Source: Oligoflexales bacterium (GTDB lineage: Bacteria; Bdellovibrionota_B; Oligoflexia; Oligoflexales; CAIYRB01). From it: a stretch of DNA of 35,503 nt. The DNA lies in contig JBGSUI010000003.1 of NCBI GenBank assembly GCA_041736175.1, positions 1-35,503 of the forward strand, in the 5' to 3' direction. The notes beneath the pieces are model-generated. The model had not been told where the DNA came from, did not search any database, and worked only from the letters and a program-made list of their open reading frames with translations. Positions within the stretch are counted from its first letter, which is position 1, and each line of letters opens with the position of its first letter. Positions 19,698 through 28,046 of the stretch are shown here, piece after piece. Made by a program: the position numbers and the translations under genes.

Positions 19698-20438
19698 GAG
19701 GAAAATCTCTTGGTTGCCCGCACGGCCTTTGACTTTAGAGGGAAATGTGCCAAGGACTTCATACCCGAGGCTTGAAAAGCTTTGAATGACTTTTTCTGTG
19801 GCGAGGGAGATTAGTTTTTCGTCCACAATAACTCCCCCCGTGGGAATCAAAGCGCGAGGCAGCTCAAACTGGGGTTTGACCAGGAGGAGGAGAAGGGTCC
19901 CCTGTTTGGGAGCAGCTTTGAGAAAGGCTGGGCCTAACCGGCACAAGGAATTAAAACTAATATCTCCGACGATGAGATCAAGAGGTGGGTAGTCCTCTGG
20001 CTTGAAATCCCGGATATCCGTTTTTTCTAGGCTGATCACCTTGGGATGCTGTCTGAGACGCCAATCAAGCTGTGCCGAACCAACATCTAAGCTGATCACC
20101 GTGCGCGCGCCAAGCCGTAGACAACAGTCGGTAAAACCTCCTGTCGATGCTCCCACATCTAAGACGACTTTGTCCCATATGACCGGTTTGAGTTCAAAAA
20201 ACTCAACGGCGCCCATAAGCTTTTCTCCCCCGCGACCCACAAACCCGCTGCGACCGTCAGCTTTAAGTCGTAACGGTAGGTTTTTATCGATCGTTTTTCC
20301 TGGCTTATCGATCATTTGGTCGCCGACGATCACCATTCCCGCCATGATAAGCCGTTTGGCAGCCGCAAGGCTGTCCGCGAGGCCCTTTTCTACAACAAGC
20401 GAGTCCAATCTTACTTTTTTGTCTTTAGATGTGGGCAA
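19656..20438 (-). CDS. tlyA: TlyA-family rRNA 2'-O-methyltransferase (S4 + FtsJ domains)
   Basis: RLDSLVV, FVGRGGEKL, LDVGASTGGFTD, LVKPQFE, GNQEIF. Confidence 0.95.
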   Translation of the reverse strand: MPTSKDKKVRLDSLVVEKGLADSLAAAKRLIMAGMVIVGDQMIDKPGKTIDKNLPLRLKADGRSGFVGRGGEKLMGAVEFFELKPVIWDKVVLDVGASTGGFTDCCLRLGARTVISLDVGSAQLDWRLRQHPKVISLEKTDIRDFKPEDYPPLDLIVGDISFNSLCRLGPAFLKAAPKQGTLLLLLVKPQFELPRALIPTGGVIVDEKLISLATEKVIQSFSSLGYEVLGTFPSKVKGRAGNQEIFLLCQLAIPSPLLPI

Positions 20439-20504
20439 TTTTTTGACTCTTTGAAAAAATCATTAAATATATTAAACTGTTATAAGCATGGAAACAATTT
20501 TAAT

Positions 20505-20531
20505 TCAGGGAAGGGGGCGATACGCCGAACT
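20505..20531 (+). promoter_or_regulatory. candidate sigma-28 promoter for REC-PilZ
   Basis: TCAGGGAA-N11-GCCGAACT. Confidence 0.45.
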
Positions 20532-20589
20532 ATCCAAGTACATGCCTTCTTCCAGGCGTGATTATAGGACGATAAGAGGAGTTTTGGCC

Positions 20590-21342
20590 ATGACGACAAA
20601 TGTTGTACCCCCTAATAAATCAATCAAAATGATATCGATTGATGACAAGACCATGACCACGGATTTGGACCGAGCTGGATACCGAAAGATGGGTGTCTAT
20701 GTTAAAGCTGCGTCAAACTACGAGGAGGCTCGCAAAATCCTTTCAGAGGATCAGATTGATATCATTCTGATCAACATGGATTTCAAGCCTGTGGATGGGC
20801 CGGCCATCTGTAAACACTTCAAAAATACAGAGGAAACATCAAGTATTCCCATTGTGATGACAAGCGTGCGAACAGCCGCCAAAATCCGTAATAGTGCTCT
20901 CGAAGCTGGAGCCGACCTTTTTGTCGAGCAGCCTCTTCCGAGGACTGCTTTTATCGAACGGATTAAGCAGATGCTCGAGCATAAAACCCGCTCCACAGAG
21001 CGAGTGGTCGTCAAAGGGGATGCGCTGGTGACAACCTCTAAGGGAGCGTTTCCATGCCCGGTGATTGACCTGTCGATTTCGGGGATTTTGGTGGCCACAG
21101 AGGCGGATCTAGAGGATGGTAGCATGGTGCAAATTGAGTTTGAGCTTCCTAACCAAAAGATAAAGTTTGTTGCTGAGGGCGAGGTTGTAAGAACCATTAC
21201 CTTTAACAACGACAAAAAGACCACCTTTAAGACCGGAGTTGGAATCAGGTTTGGAAAATTTATAGGCAAAAGCCAAGAGTACCTCCAAAAATATATGGAG
21301 AACTCTGCTATGAGTGAATCTGAGATGCATTACTATCTCTAA
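20590..21342 (+). CDS. atypical receiver domain plus PilZ domain protein
   Basis: REC fold (ISIDD...IDIILIN...IPIVMTS...GADLFVEQP); PilZ RSTER (RxxxR) and DLSISG (DxSxxG); ATG 20590 behind AGAGGAG SD. Confidence 0.88.
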   Translation: MTTNVVPPNKSIKMISIDDKTMTTDLDRAGYRKMGVYVKAASNYEEARKILSEDQIDIILINMDFKPVDGPAICKHFKNTEETSSIPIVMTSVRTAAKIRNSALEAGADLFVEQPLPRTAFIERIKQMLEHKTRSTERVVVKGDALVTTSKGAFPCPVIDLSISGILVATEADLEDGSMVQIEFELPNQKIKFVAEGEVVRTITFNNDKKTTFKTGVGIRFGKFIGKSQEYLQKYMENSAMSESEMHYYL

Positions 21343-21365
21343 ACGGCGTGAAAAGTTCAGGTCCC

Positions 21366-23669
21366 CTACCCAGCAATTTTTTGCTGGGTATCCTGGTCTT
21401 CTTTTTCGATTTCTTCTAGGGGCACAAAAAACGAACCCTTGCGGCGTTTAGACAGAATACACACACTTTTTATGTCATTGAGTACCGTGACGATTTGCCC
21501 ACCGATGGTCAGTTTGAGATTTGCAGTGAGATTTTCTCTGATATAGATTCTGGCGCTTGTATTGTACGTCAGTTTACCTTGAAAGCTTGCAAGTAAGCCC
21601 TCTAATTTTTCGCAAATAATGCGCATTCTGGTGATTTTATTTTGGAGATCTTCTTTCATGGATTTTTGTTTAGGTGTGGTGTGATTTTTAGTTTTTTGTA
21701 CGAGATCCCTAAGATTTTGACGGTCGCTTTGCAGTTTAGTCGAGATCTTTTCGAGACGGGCGCCCCTAATATTGAGGGCCCTAGCAATCCGCCAATCGAC
21801 CCCGACATTAAGCACAGTAATGGCGCCCCTGGGAAAAGCCAGGTTAGCAGTATAGAGGTTTTCTTTTACAATGACGGATCCACCAGCTAAGACCCCATCT
21901 TTATTGGTAACACGAATGGTACCACCACAGACCACATTGGAGTTGATAAGGGCTTTTTTGATGGAGATATCACCCTTTACAGTCAGTTTAGAGTTTTCGA
22001 CAAAATCGCCATTAAAGTTGCCCCCACAATAGATGCTTCCCGAAAGACCTGTGGTCACGCCAGAGGTGACGATGATATCACCCCGTGCTTCGACGATGGC
22101 CCCGCGGATTTCGCCAAATACGGTGAGATTGCCAGTGGATTCTACGATGGCACCGCTATCAATTGACCCTTTGATTTCGATGGGTCCATCAAAGCGAATG
22201 TTGCCACTTCGAAGGTTGACATCGCCTTCGTGGATCAGGATTTTGCTCAGTGAAATAGTGTTATCTTGGACTGATGGGATGCCATCTGATAAGGCATAAT
22301 ATCGTCCCGGTTCTTTTTCGACGATTCCTTCTGCAGCGATGACGATGAGATCGTCGTTTGGAGCCGGTGGCAGCGGGTGACCGAACACATCCTGACCAAT
22401 GATCGAAGGGCTCTTGTAGGCGATCTCAGCGATGAGTTGGCCTTCTTTGACGAGCACTCGTTGCTGGAGCTCTCGGATGTCTAGGGAGTCTAGTTCAAGA
22501 TTGGCCTCAGGTCGGCGACCATCAGCTTCCTTAAATCTCAGTCTTATATAGGGTTCTTTTCCTCCCACACTTGGCGTCCCTCTAATCAGGACTTTATTGG
22601 CTAAGGACTCTTTTTTTTCTATAAGTGGGGCAAGTTCGTCAAGGGTCGCTTGGGTGAGGGGCCGGTTGTATTGAGATCTTAAAAGTTCTTTGCGAATCCA
22701 ATCGATCGAGACCTCCATGGTCTTATCTTTGTATAGATTGGTGTCAAAATCGGCGATCGCTACTTCAAGACGGTCTTGGGAGCAAATTAAGTTCAGTTTT
22801 CCTGCACCAGGATAGATTTGGTCAGTCTGCTTTTGAGTAGGAGAATTCTGATTTGAGGCGGTAACATCTCCCATGGCGACGAGGAGTGTCAGAGGCATAT
22901 CGATACCGAATATCTCCGGACCTTCGATTGCAGATTTAAGGGCTAAACTTAGATCCTTTCTTAATAGCTTGTACTGGACGTCAGGAGAGTTAAGTTGCTT
23001 CATGGCTTGATCGACCATGGCGAGCATATTTTCCATATTTTCTTTTTGTCTTAATTCCCCTATATTTCGCAATATGACTGCGAGCTCTCGCCTTTGGCGG
23101 TTGGCGATGATCGCGACATTTTTGCTTTCCTGGAGGGCCGCAAGTTGGGCCAATGCGGTTAAAGGATAATTCTTAATAGCTTCACCTCTTATGGTGACTT
23201 TATGGAATGCACCAAATAGCTGGGCATTACTAACTTGGTCATGGATCCCTAATTGTTTGAGTTGATGAATCACATTCAATTTAAACCACTCATACTTCCA
23301 GTGAATGATTTGTTCTGCGGGGAGATCAATCGTCAAGGTACCAATTGATTTGTCACTTTGGATTTTGTCGCAGCGTATACCGGGATAGAGGGGAGCCCCT
23401 GCCGCAATGGTGATGGAGATCGATTGGGGAACGAGATGATTGGAATGATTTTCGGCCGCTTGAAGAGCAGTCCAGATCTCCGAAAGGCGCTTTTCATAGG
23501 TCAGGTAGAAGCCGATTTGACCAGATTCTACTTCTTTGTCGAGACGTTTGTGGGCTCTCGCCAGGAGGTCTTCCGGGGGGGCTTTATTCTCAAGGGCACA
23601 CTCGCGGGAAACTTCGCATTTGACCTTAAAAAGTGTCCCGTTATAGGTGAGCTTTGCTGGTTCAGCCAT
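21366..23669 (-). CDS. fapA: FapA / DUF342 family flagellar assembly protein with an N-terminal extension
   Basis: VKEGQLIAE, GQDVFG, GDVNLRSGNIRFDGPIEIKGSI beta-helix repeats, C-terminal coiled coil. Confidence 0.88.
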   Translation of the reverse strand: MAEPAKLTYNGTLFKVKCEVSRECALENKAPPEDLLARAHKRLDKEVESGQIGFYLTYEKRLSEIWTALQAAENHSNHLVPQSISITIAAGAPLYPGIRCDKIQSDKSIGTLTIDLPAEQIIHWKYEWFKLNVIHQLKQLGIHDQVSNAQLFGAFHKVTIRGEAIKNYPLTALAQLAALQESKNVAIIANRQRRELAVILRNIGELRQKENMENMLAMVDQAMKQLNSPDVQYKLLRKDLSLALKSAIEGPEIFGIDMPLTLLVAMGDVTASNQNSPTQKQTDQIYPGAGKLNLICSQDRLEVAIADFDTNLYKDKTMEVSIDWIRKELLRSQYNRPLTQATLDELAPLIEKKESLANKVLIRGTPSVGGKEPYIRLRFKEADGRRPEANLELDSLDIRELQQRVLVKEGQLIAEIAYKSPSIIGQDVFGHPLPPAPNDDLIVIAAEGIVEKEPGRYYALSDGIPSVQDNTISLSKILIHEGDVNLRSGNIRFDGPIEIKGSIDSGAIVESTGNLTVFGEIRGAIVEARGDIIVTSGVTTGLSGSIYCGGNFNGDFVENSKLTVKGDISIKKALINSNVVCGGTIRVTNKDGVLAGGSVIVKENLYTANLAFPRGAITVLNVGVDWRIARALNIRGARLEKISTKLQSDRQNLRDLVQKTKNHTTPKQKSMKEDLQNKITRMRIICEKLEGLLASFQGKLTYNTSARIYIRENLTANLKLTIGGQIVTVLNDIKSVCILSKRRKGSFFVPLEEIEKEDQDTQQKIAG
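21367..21390. terminator. perfect hairpin at the REC-PilZ / fapA convergence
   Basis: TACCCAGCAA-TTTT-TTGCTGGGTA, 10-bp stem lying in the last codons of fapA. Confidence 0.5.
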
Positions 23670-23696
23670 GATTCATAACCCTTAACTAACGATTGT

Positions 23697-24212
23697 CTAG
23701 CTGGCGACTTTATCCGTGGTCGGCGGCTCCTTCGCCTCTAAAGAGCCGTGTTTTTCTTCGAGTTCTTCGGCCATGGCGTTCAACTTCAGGACCAAATCCT
23801 GGAGCTCATCCTTATCGCGGATCCCAAGCCTGCGGTGATACTCACCCTCTGCGATCTGGTCCACAAACCGACCTATCGACACCAAAGGACCGTAATAACG
23901 GTGTGTTAATCGAAAAACGACCAAAAACATCACGACGATATACATAAAGAAGACGAGGCCGATTCTGATGGCATTGGTCTTAAAGACATCATTGGTGACG
24001 AGTTCCCACTGCAGATTTGGGTCGATCACGTTAAAAATGCTCATAACATGTCGATATTGTTCTGTAAAAGCGATTACAAACAGCCCTGCGCTGATGGCTA
24101 TAAAGCCGACCGATATGCTGATAACATAGAGCCCAAATTTGATTTGTTTAAACGGCTCGATGACAAGCGATCTTAAATTACGTCGAGGTCTTTGGTCGTT
24201 ATTTGATTCCAT
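23697..24212 (-). CDS. 2-TM membrane protein with a stand-alone HAMP domain
   Basis: Two hydrophobic segments then THRYYGPLVSI...GEYHRRLGIRDKDELQDLVLKLNAMA; no output domain. Confidence 0.85.
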   Translation of the reverse strand: MESNNDQRPRRNLRSLVIEPFKQIKFGLYVISISVGFIAISAGLFVIAFTEQYRHVMSIFNVIDPNLQWELVTNDVFKTNAIRIGLVFFMYIVVMFLVVFRLTHRYYGPLVSIGRFVDQIAEGEYHRRLGIRDKDELQDLVLKLNAMAEELEEKHGSLEAKEPPTTDKVAS

Positions 24213-24239
24213 AGGTACCTTTCTTTTTCCATAGGATCC

Positions 24240-24268
24240 AGATCGGAATCTTTACGATAAACCTTTAG
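24240..24268 (-). promoter_or_regulatory. sigma-28 promoter for the HAMP-fapA unit
   Basis: Minus strand CTAAAGGTTT-N11-TCCGATCT. Confidence 0.6.
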
Positions 24269-24441
24269 CTCGGCTTCTAGTTGCCTCGCTCCCCCCTTGT
24301 GCTAACTTGGCTCATAGGGATATTTTAAGAAAAATTCTTGCGCCCAAGAGGGGTCCTTAGGTATTGTGCGGCTGTCAGAGCAAAGGATCATTCCTAGGCT
24401 ACACTACAAAATCCCAACATCAATTGATCAGGAGATTGGCA

Positions 24442-24546
24442 TTGCACGGATCTCGTCACCGCAGAAAGCATCCTAAGGGTCGTCGAAAAGTAGGTCGTAA
24501 AAAACGCAGAATGATGCGCAAGAGACGGCAATTGCGAACTGTCTAA
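24442..24546 (+). CDS. 34-aa highly basic peptide, candidate bS22/mS38 (AURKAIP1/COX24)-like ribosomal protein
   Basis: MHGSRHRRKHPKGRRKVGRKKRRMMRKRRQLRTV, 18/34 Arg+Lys; AGGAGA SD at 24430-24435; candidate promoter TTGCGC-N18-TATTGT (24338-24367); downstream hairpin. Confidence 0.7.
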   Translation: MHGSRHRRKHPKGRRKVGRKKRRMMRKRRQLRTV

Positions 24547-24571
24547 CGCTAAGTTTTTGATTTCGTAAATA

Positions 24572-24609
24572 AAGGTGTCATAGGGCTAGCTAAAGCCCTT
24601 TGGCGTCTT
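24572..24609 (+). terminator. hairpin after the small basic peptide gene
   Basis: AAGGTGTCATAGGGCT-AGCTAA-AGCCCTTTGGCGTCTT; the G-U pairs work only on the plus strand; weak U tract. Confidence 0.5.
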
Positions 24610-24812
24610 CTGCCATTCAAGACAAAAAGAACCAGTCCTATGGGAGGATTACAGGATCCTCAGGTAGGGCAGGGCGGCTTTTTCTTTTTGTTGGCACACA
24701 TTATTGCATGTAGAGATGGGGTAGGTCGTGATATCCTAGACTTTAACAAGACATGCAATTTACATGTTGAGCGGCTGCCCTAAGTGGCTGCAAGACAGCC
24801 GTCCACTTTGCC

Positions 24813-25520
24813 ATGGGGAAGATATCCATGATGCTTGATTTTATTTGCGAGCTTGAAGTCCTATTAAACAAGTGGCCTGATCACGACCAGTGGACTCTGG
24901 CGCAAATTGCGGACTACACTAAAACAAGCGTCCCCCAATTGGTTGATTTTATGACTGAAACTCTTGATAGAGAGCTTGAGTTCCATGAAACCCTGACCCG
25001 GGAAGAGACTTTAAAAGTCTTAGAGATTCTCAAAGAAAAGATGAAGGAACCCCTTGAGGCCCGCAGGAAACAAATACTCGCCCTACGCCAAAAGGCTATC
25101 GATGCCTACGAACAAACCACAGAAAAGATCCGTGTTCTTTTGCTGACCAAAAACTATCGGTCCGCTTATCGTACGCTTAGCTATTATGCTGGTCGGCACG
25201 AGAAGGATCTCCCTCCAGAAATGACCTTAGAGATCTGCGGTGAATGCCTTCGCCTCGGAGTAAAATCCGAAGCTAATTTGCAGGAGCTAAGCCAGTGGCT
25301 TCGCAAAGGAATAGCGGCAAGCCTTCAGCTTAATGCCGATGAGTCCATTGAGACAGCGCTTGACTTTCTAGACGCCTATGGGGCCTATTTTACAGAGGAC
25401 CATGAAGGTCGAGGTAGAAAAGTACTGGCTGGTGTGCTCGATGAAATTCGACGTGAGTCGGACGGCCTTCAATACAGCCCAGCCTATATCAACCTCATTC
25501 GGGATCTCGGTCTATCCTGA
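24813..25520 (+). CDS. hypothetical protein with an IF2_N/HTH-like N-terminus and helical C-terminus
   Basis: 235-aa ORF (true start may be 24828 or 24831); WTLAQIADYTKTSVPQLVDFM...HETLTREETLKVL. Confidence 0.8.
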   Translation: MGKISMMLDFICELEVLLNKWPDHDQWTLAQIADYTKTSVPQLVDFMTETLDRELEFHETLTREETLKVLEILKEKMKEPLEARRKQILALRQKAIDAYEQTTEKIRVLLLTKNYRSAYRTLSYYAGRHEKDLPPEMTLEICGECLRLGVKSEANLQELSQWLRKGIAASLQLNADESIETALDFLDAYGAYFTEDHEGRGRKVLAGVLDEIRRESDGLQYSPAYINLIRDLGLS

Positions 25521-25548
25521 AGGATGAGGTTTTTGAGGAGCTCTAGGA

Positions 25549-28023
25549 GTGCAAAAGAAATCGATCCGCGCGGCCCGCCATCCAAAAGCGAAGGCGGCCC
25601 CTGCGAGGGGTGTGGCTTTGACCCCCAAAAAGGGACCGACGCCACTGGCCCCAGAAGCCACTTATCTTAGTTGCTCTCCTTCGCTGTTTACCTATTCAGA
25701 TAGCAACGAATATGCTTTGTCCCACGAAATTATCGCCCAAGATCGAGCGGTCGAAGCGATTAATATGGGGCTTGGCATCCGTAAGCCCGGTTACAATATT
25801 TACGTCGCCGGGATCCAGGGCACTGGCAAAACCAGTGTGATTAGGTCCTTTTTGGAGACTTGGTCCAGCCATTCCCCACTTCCTCTCGACTGGATCTATG
25901 TTTATGACTTTAACGATTCAGAAGTGCCCAAAGCTATTAGCTTAAAGGCAGGAGAGGGTCGCAAGCTTAAAAAACTTATGGAAGGTCTTGTCAAAAACCT
26001 TAAGGAGATTATTCCTTCGGCGCTGCAAAGTGAAGACTACGAAAACGCAGTAAATGCCTATCTCTCTGCGTCTAACGAACGTAAATCTAAACAGTACGCA
26101 GAGCTAGAAAAACTAGCTAAATCGATGGACTTTATCATTAAGTCAACCCGCATGGGTATCGAAACGATTCCTGTTGTTGATGGTCGCCCCTTAAGCGAAA
26201 AAGAGTACGGTAAACTAGGCGATCCACTTCGCAATTCCATCGAGGATCGCCGGGCCCAGCTCGAACCAGAGGTCTTGGATTTTGCACGCAAAGTTCGTGC
26301 GATCGAGCAGGAGACAACCCAATATGTGGAATCTATTCGCAACGATTTGGGCCAAAACATCGTAGGCCGCGAAGTTGAGCCTATCCTCGCCGTCTATGGA
26401 GACAACGAAGCGATCAAGACTTACCTCAACGAAGTCAGGGAGCATATCCTCGAAAATCTCCTTGATTTTGTAGAGGAAGAACCGAATTCGCGAGAGTCCC
26501 GTGAAGAGCTGTTTTATGGCCCTGATAATCGAGACAAGTTTAGGAAATACAAAATAAATGTTTTTGTTGATAACACCAATCTAAACCAGGCTCCAGTTAT
26601 TATCGAATCCAATCCTACCTATTACAATCTCTTTGGTCGGATTGAAAAAAATGTCGAACACGGTATGTATCTCACTGATTTTACGATGATCAAGCCAGGA
26701 GCGATCCACCGGGCTAACGGTGGGTACCTGGTTCTTAATGCTATGGATGTCTTTAAGACCCAGGGAATTTGGGACACCCTAAAGAGGGTCTTAAAAAACA
26801 GGCTTGGATTTATTGAAGACATGGGCGAACAGTTTTCGCTGTTGCCGACTTCGGGTTTACGTCCGACTCCGATTCCTCTGGATATCAAGGTGATCATGAT
26901 CGGAAACGACGAAGTCTATCGGCTCCTATTTGATGCTGACGAAGATTTTCATAAGATATTCAAGATTAAATCTGATTTTGATTACAGAATGCCCAGATCT
27001 AAAGAAACGATGAATGCCTATGCTAGTTTTGTCGCGACACGAGTCAAAGTAGAAAACCTTATGGCTTTTGACCGAGACGGAGTCGCCGCAATCGTAGAAT
27101 ATGGATCACGCCTCGTCGAAGACCAGCGTTTTTTGTCCACTCAGTTTAGTGAGATCAAAGATCTCACTATCGAGGCAGATTTTCTAGCGCGGAAAGAACA
27201 GTCAACCGTAGTCTCTCGAAACCATGTAGAAAAAGCTTTGGATCTTAAATTTCAACGGGTCAACCTGATTGAAGAGCACATGCTTTCTATGGTTAAGTTT
27301 AAAGATGTGCTGTTGACTATTACTGGGGAAAAGGTTGGGCAAGTTAATGGTCTCTCGGTCTATGATATTGGCGACTATTCTTTTGGAAAGGTGTCGCGTC
27401 TGACCTGTACCATCGCTATGACCAACGAAGGTATCTTTAATATCGAAAGGTCGTCTAAACTCTCTGGCAAGATCCATGACAAAGGAGTCCATATCCTCAG
27501 TGCTTTTCTCAATGCGGTGTTAGCCCATGAGAAAGGCTTGGGGGTGACTGCTAGTATTTGTTTCGAACAATCCTATGGTCTTATCGATGGCGATAGTGCG
27601 ACCGTTACGGAACTCGTCTGTATCCTAAGTGCTCTGAGCCAGATTCCCGTAAGGCAAAATGTGGCCATGACCGGAAGCTTAAACCAATTCGGTGAGGTTC
27701 AGCCTGTGGGCGGCATCAACGAAAAAATCGAAGGCTTTTGGCGAAGTACCCAGCTCCTTGATCCTAATCAATCCGTGATTGTACTTATACCCAAGCAGAA
27801 CGCCTATAATCTTATGATCCATCGGTCCCTAAGGCAGGCTATCCAAAATGGTCAACTCAACCTTGTGCCCATCTCCGATATCAACGAGGCTTTCCAGATG
27901 GCCACAGGAAAACCCCTAGGGTTTCTTGGTGTGAGCGAACATCATTTCCCTAAAGGGTCCGCCTTACAGATCATCGAGACCCAACTCAAAAAGCTACATC
28001 CAAAGCGCAAACCACATCGGTAA
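25549..28023 (+). CDS. LonC/YcbZ-type Lon-like protease (AAA_32 + S16)
   Basis: IAQDRA, Walker A GIQGTGKT, NPTYYNLFG, GAIHRANGGYL, FEQSYGLIDGDSA (Ser), GGINEKIEGF (Lys); GAGGAG SD. Confidence 0.93.
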   Translation: MQKKSIRAARHPKAKAAPARGVALTPKKGPTPLAPEATYLSCSPSLFTYSDSNEYALSHEIIAQDRAVEAINMGLGIRKPGYNIYVAGIQGTGKTSVIRSFLETWSSHSPLPLDWIYVYDFNDSEVPKAISLKAGEGRKLKKLMEGLVKNLKEIIPSALQSEDYENAVNAYLSASNERKSKQYAELEKLAKSMDFIIKSTRMGIETIPVVDGRPLSEKEYGKLGDPLRNSIEDRRAQLEPEVLDFARKVRAIEQETTQYVESIRNDLGQNIVGREVEPILAVYGDNEAIKTYLNEVREHILENLLDFVEEEPNSRESREELFYGPDNRDKFRKYKINVFVDNTNLNQAPVIIESNPTYYNLFGRIEKNVEHGMYLTDFTMIKPGAIHRANGGYLVLNAMDVFKTQGIWDTLKRVLKNRLGFIEDMGEQFSLLPTSGLRPTPIPLDIKVIMIGNDEVYRLLFDADEDFHKIFKIKSDFDYRMPRSKETMNAYASFVATRVKVENLMAFDRDGVAAIVEYGSRLVEDQRFLSTQFSEIKDLTIEADFLARKEQSTVVSRNHVEKALDLKFQRVNLIEEHMLSMVKFKDVLLTITGEKVGQVNGLSVYDIGDYSFGKVSRLTCTIAMTNEGIFNIERSSKLSGKIHDKGVHILSAFLNAVLAHEKGLGVTASICFEQSYGLIDGDSATVTELVCILSALSQIPVRQNVAMTGSLNQFGEVQPVGGINEKIEGFWRSTQLLDPNQSVIVLIPKQNAYNLMIHRSLRQAIQNGQLNLVPISDINEAFQMATGKPLGFLGVSEHHFPKGSALQIIETQLKKLHPKRKPHR

Positions 28024-28046
28024 AGTGCCAATCTAATGGGGCCCCC

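Noticed and set aside
24691..24708. TTGGCACACATTATTGCA sigma-54-like site
   Set aside because: GG-to-GC spacing is 11 nt, not the required 10
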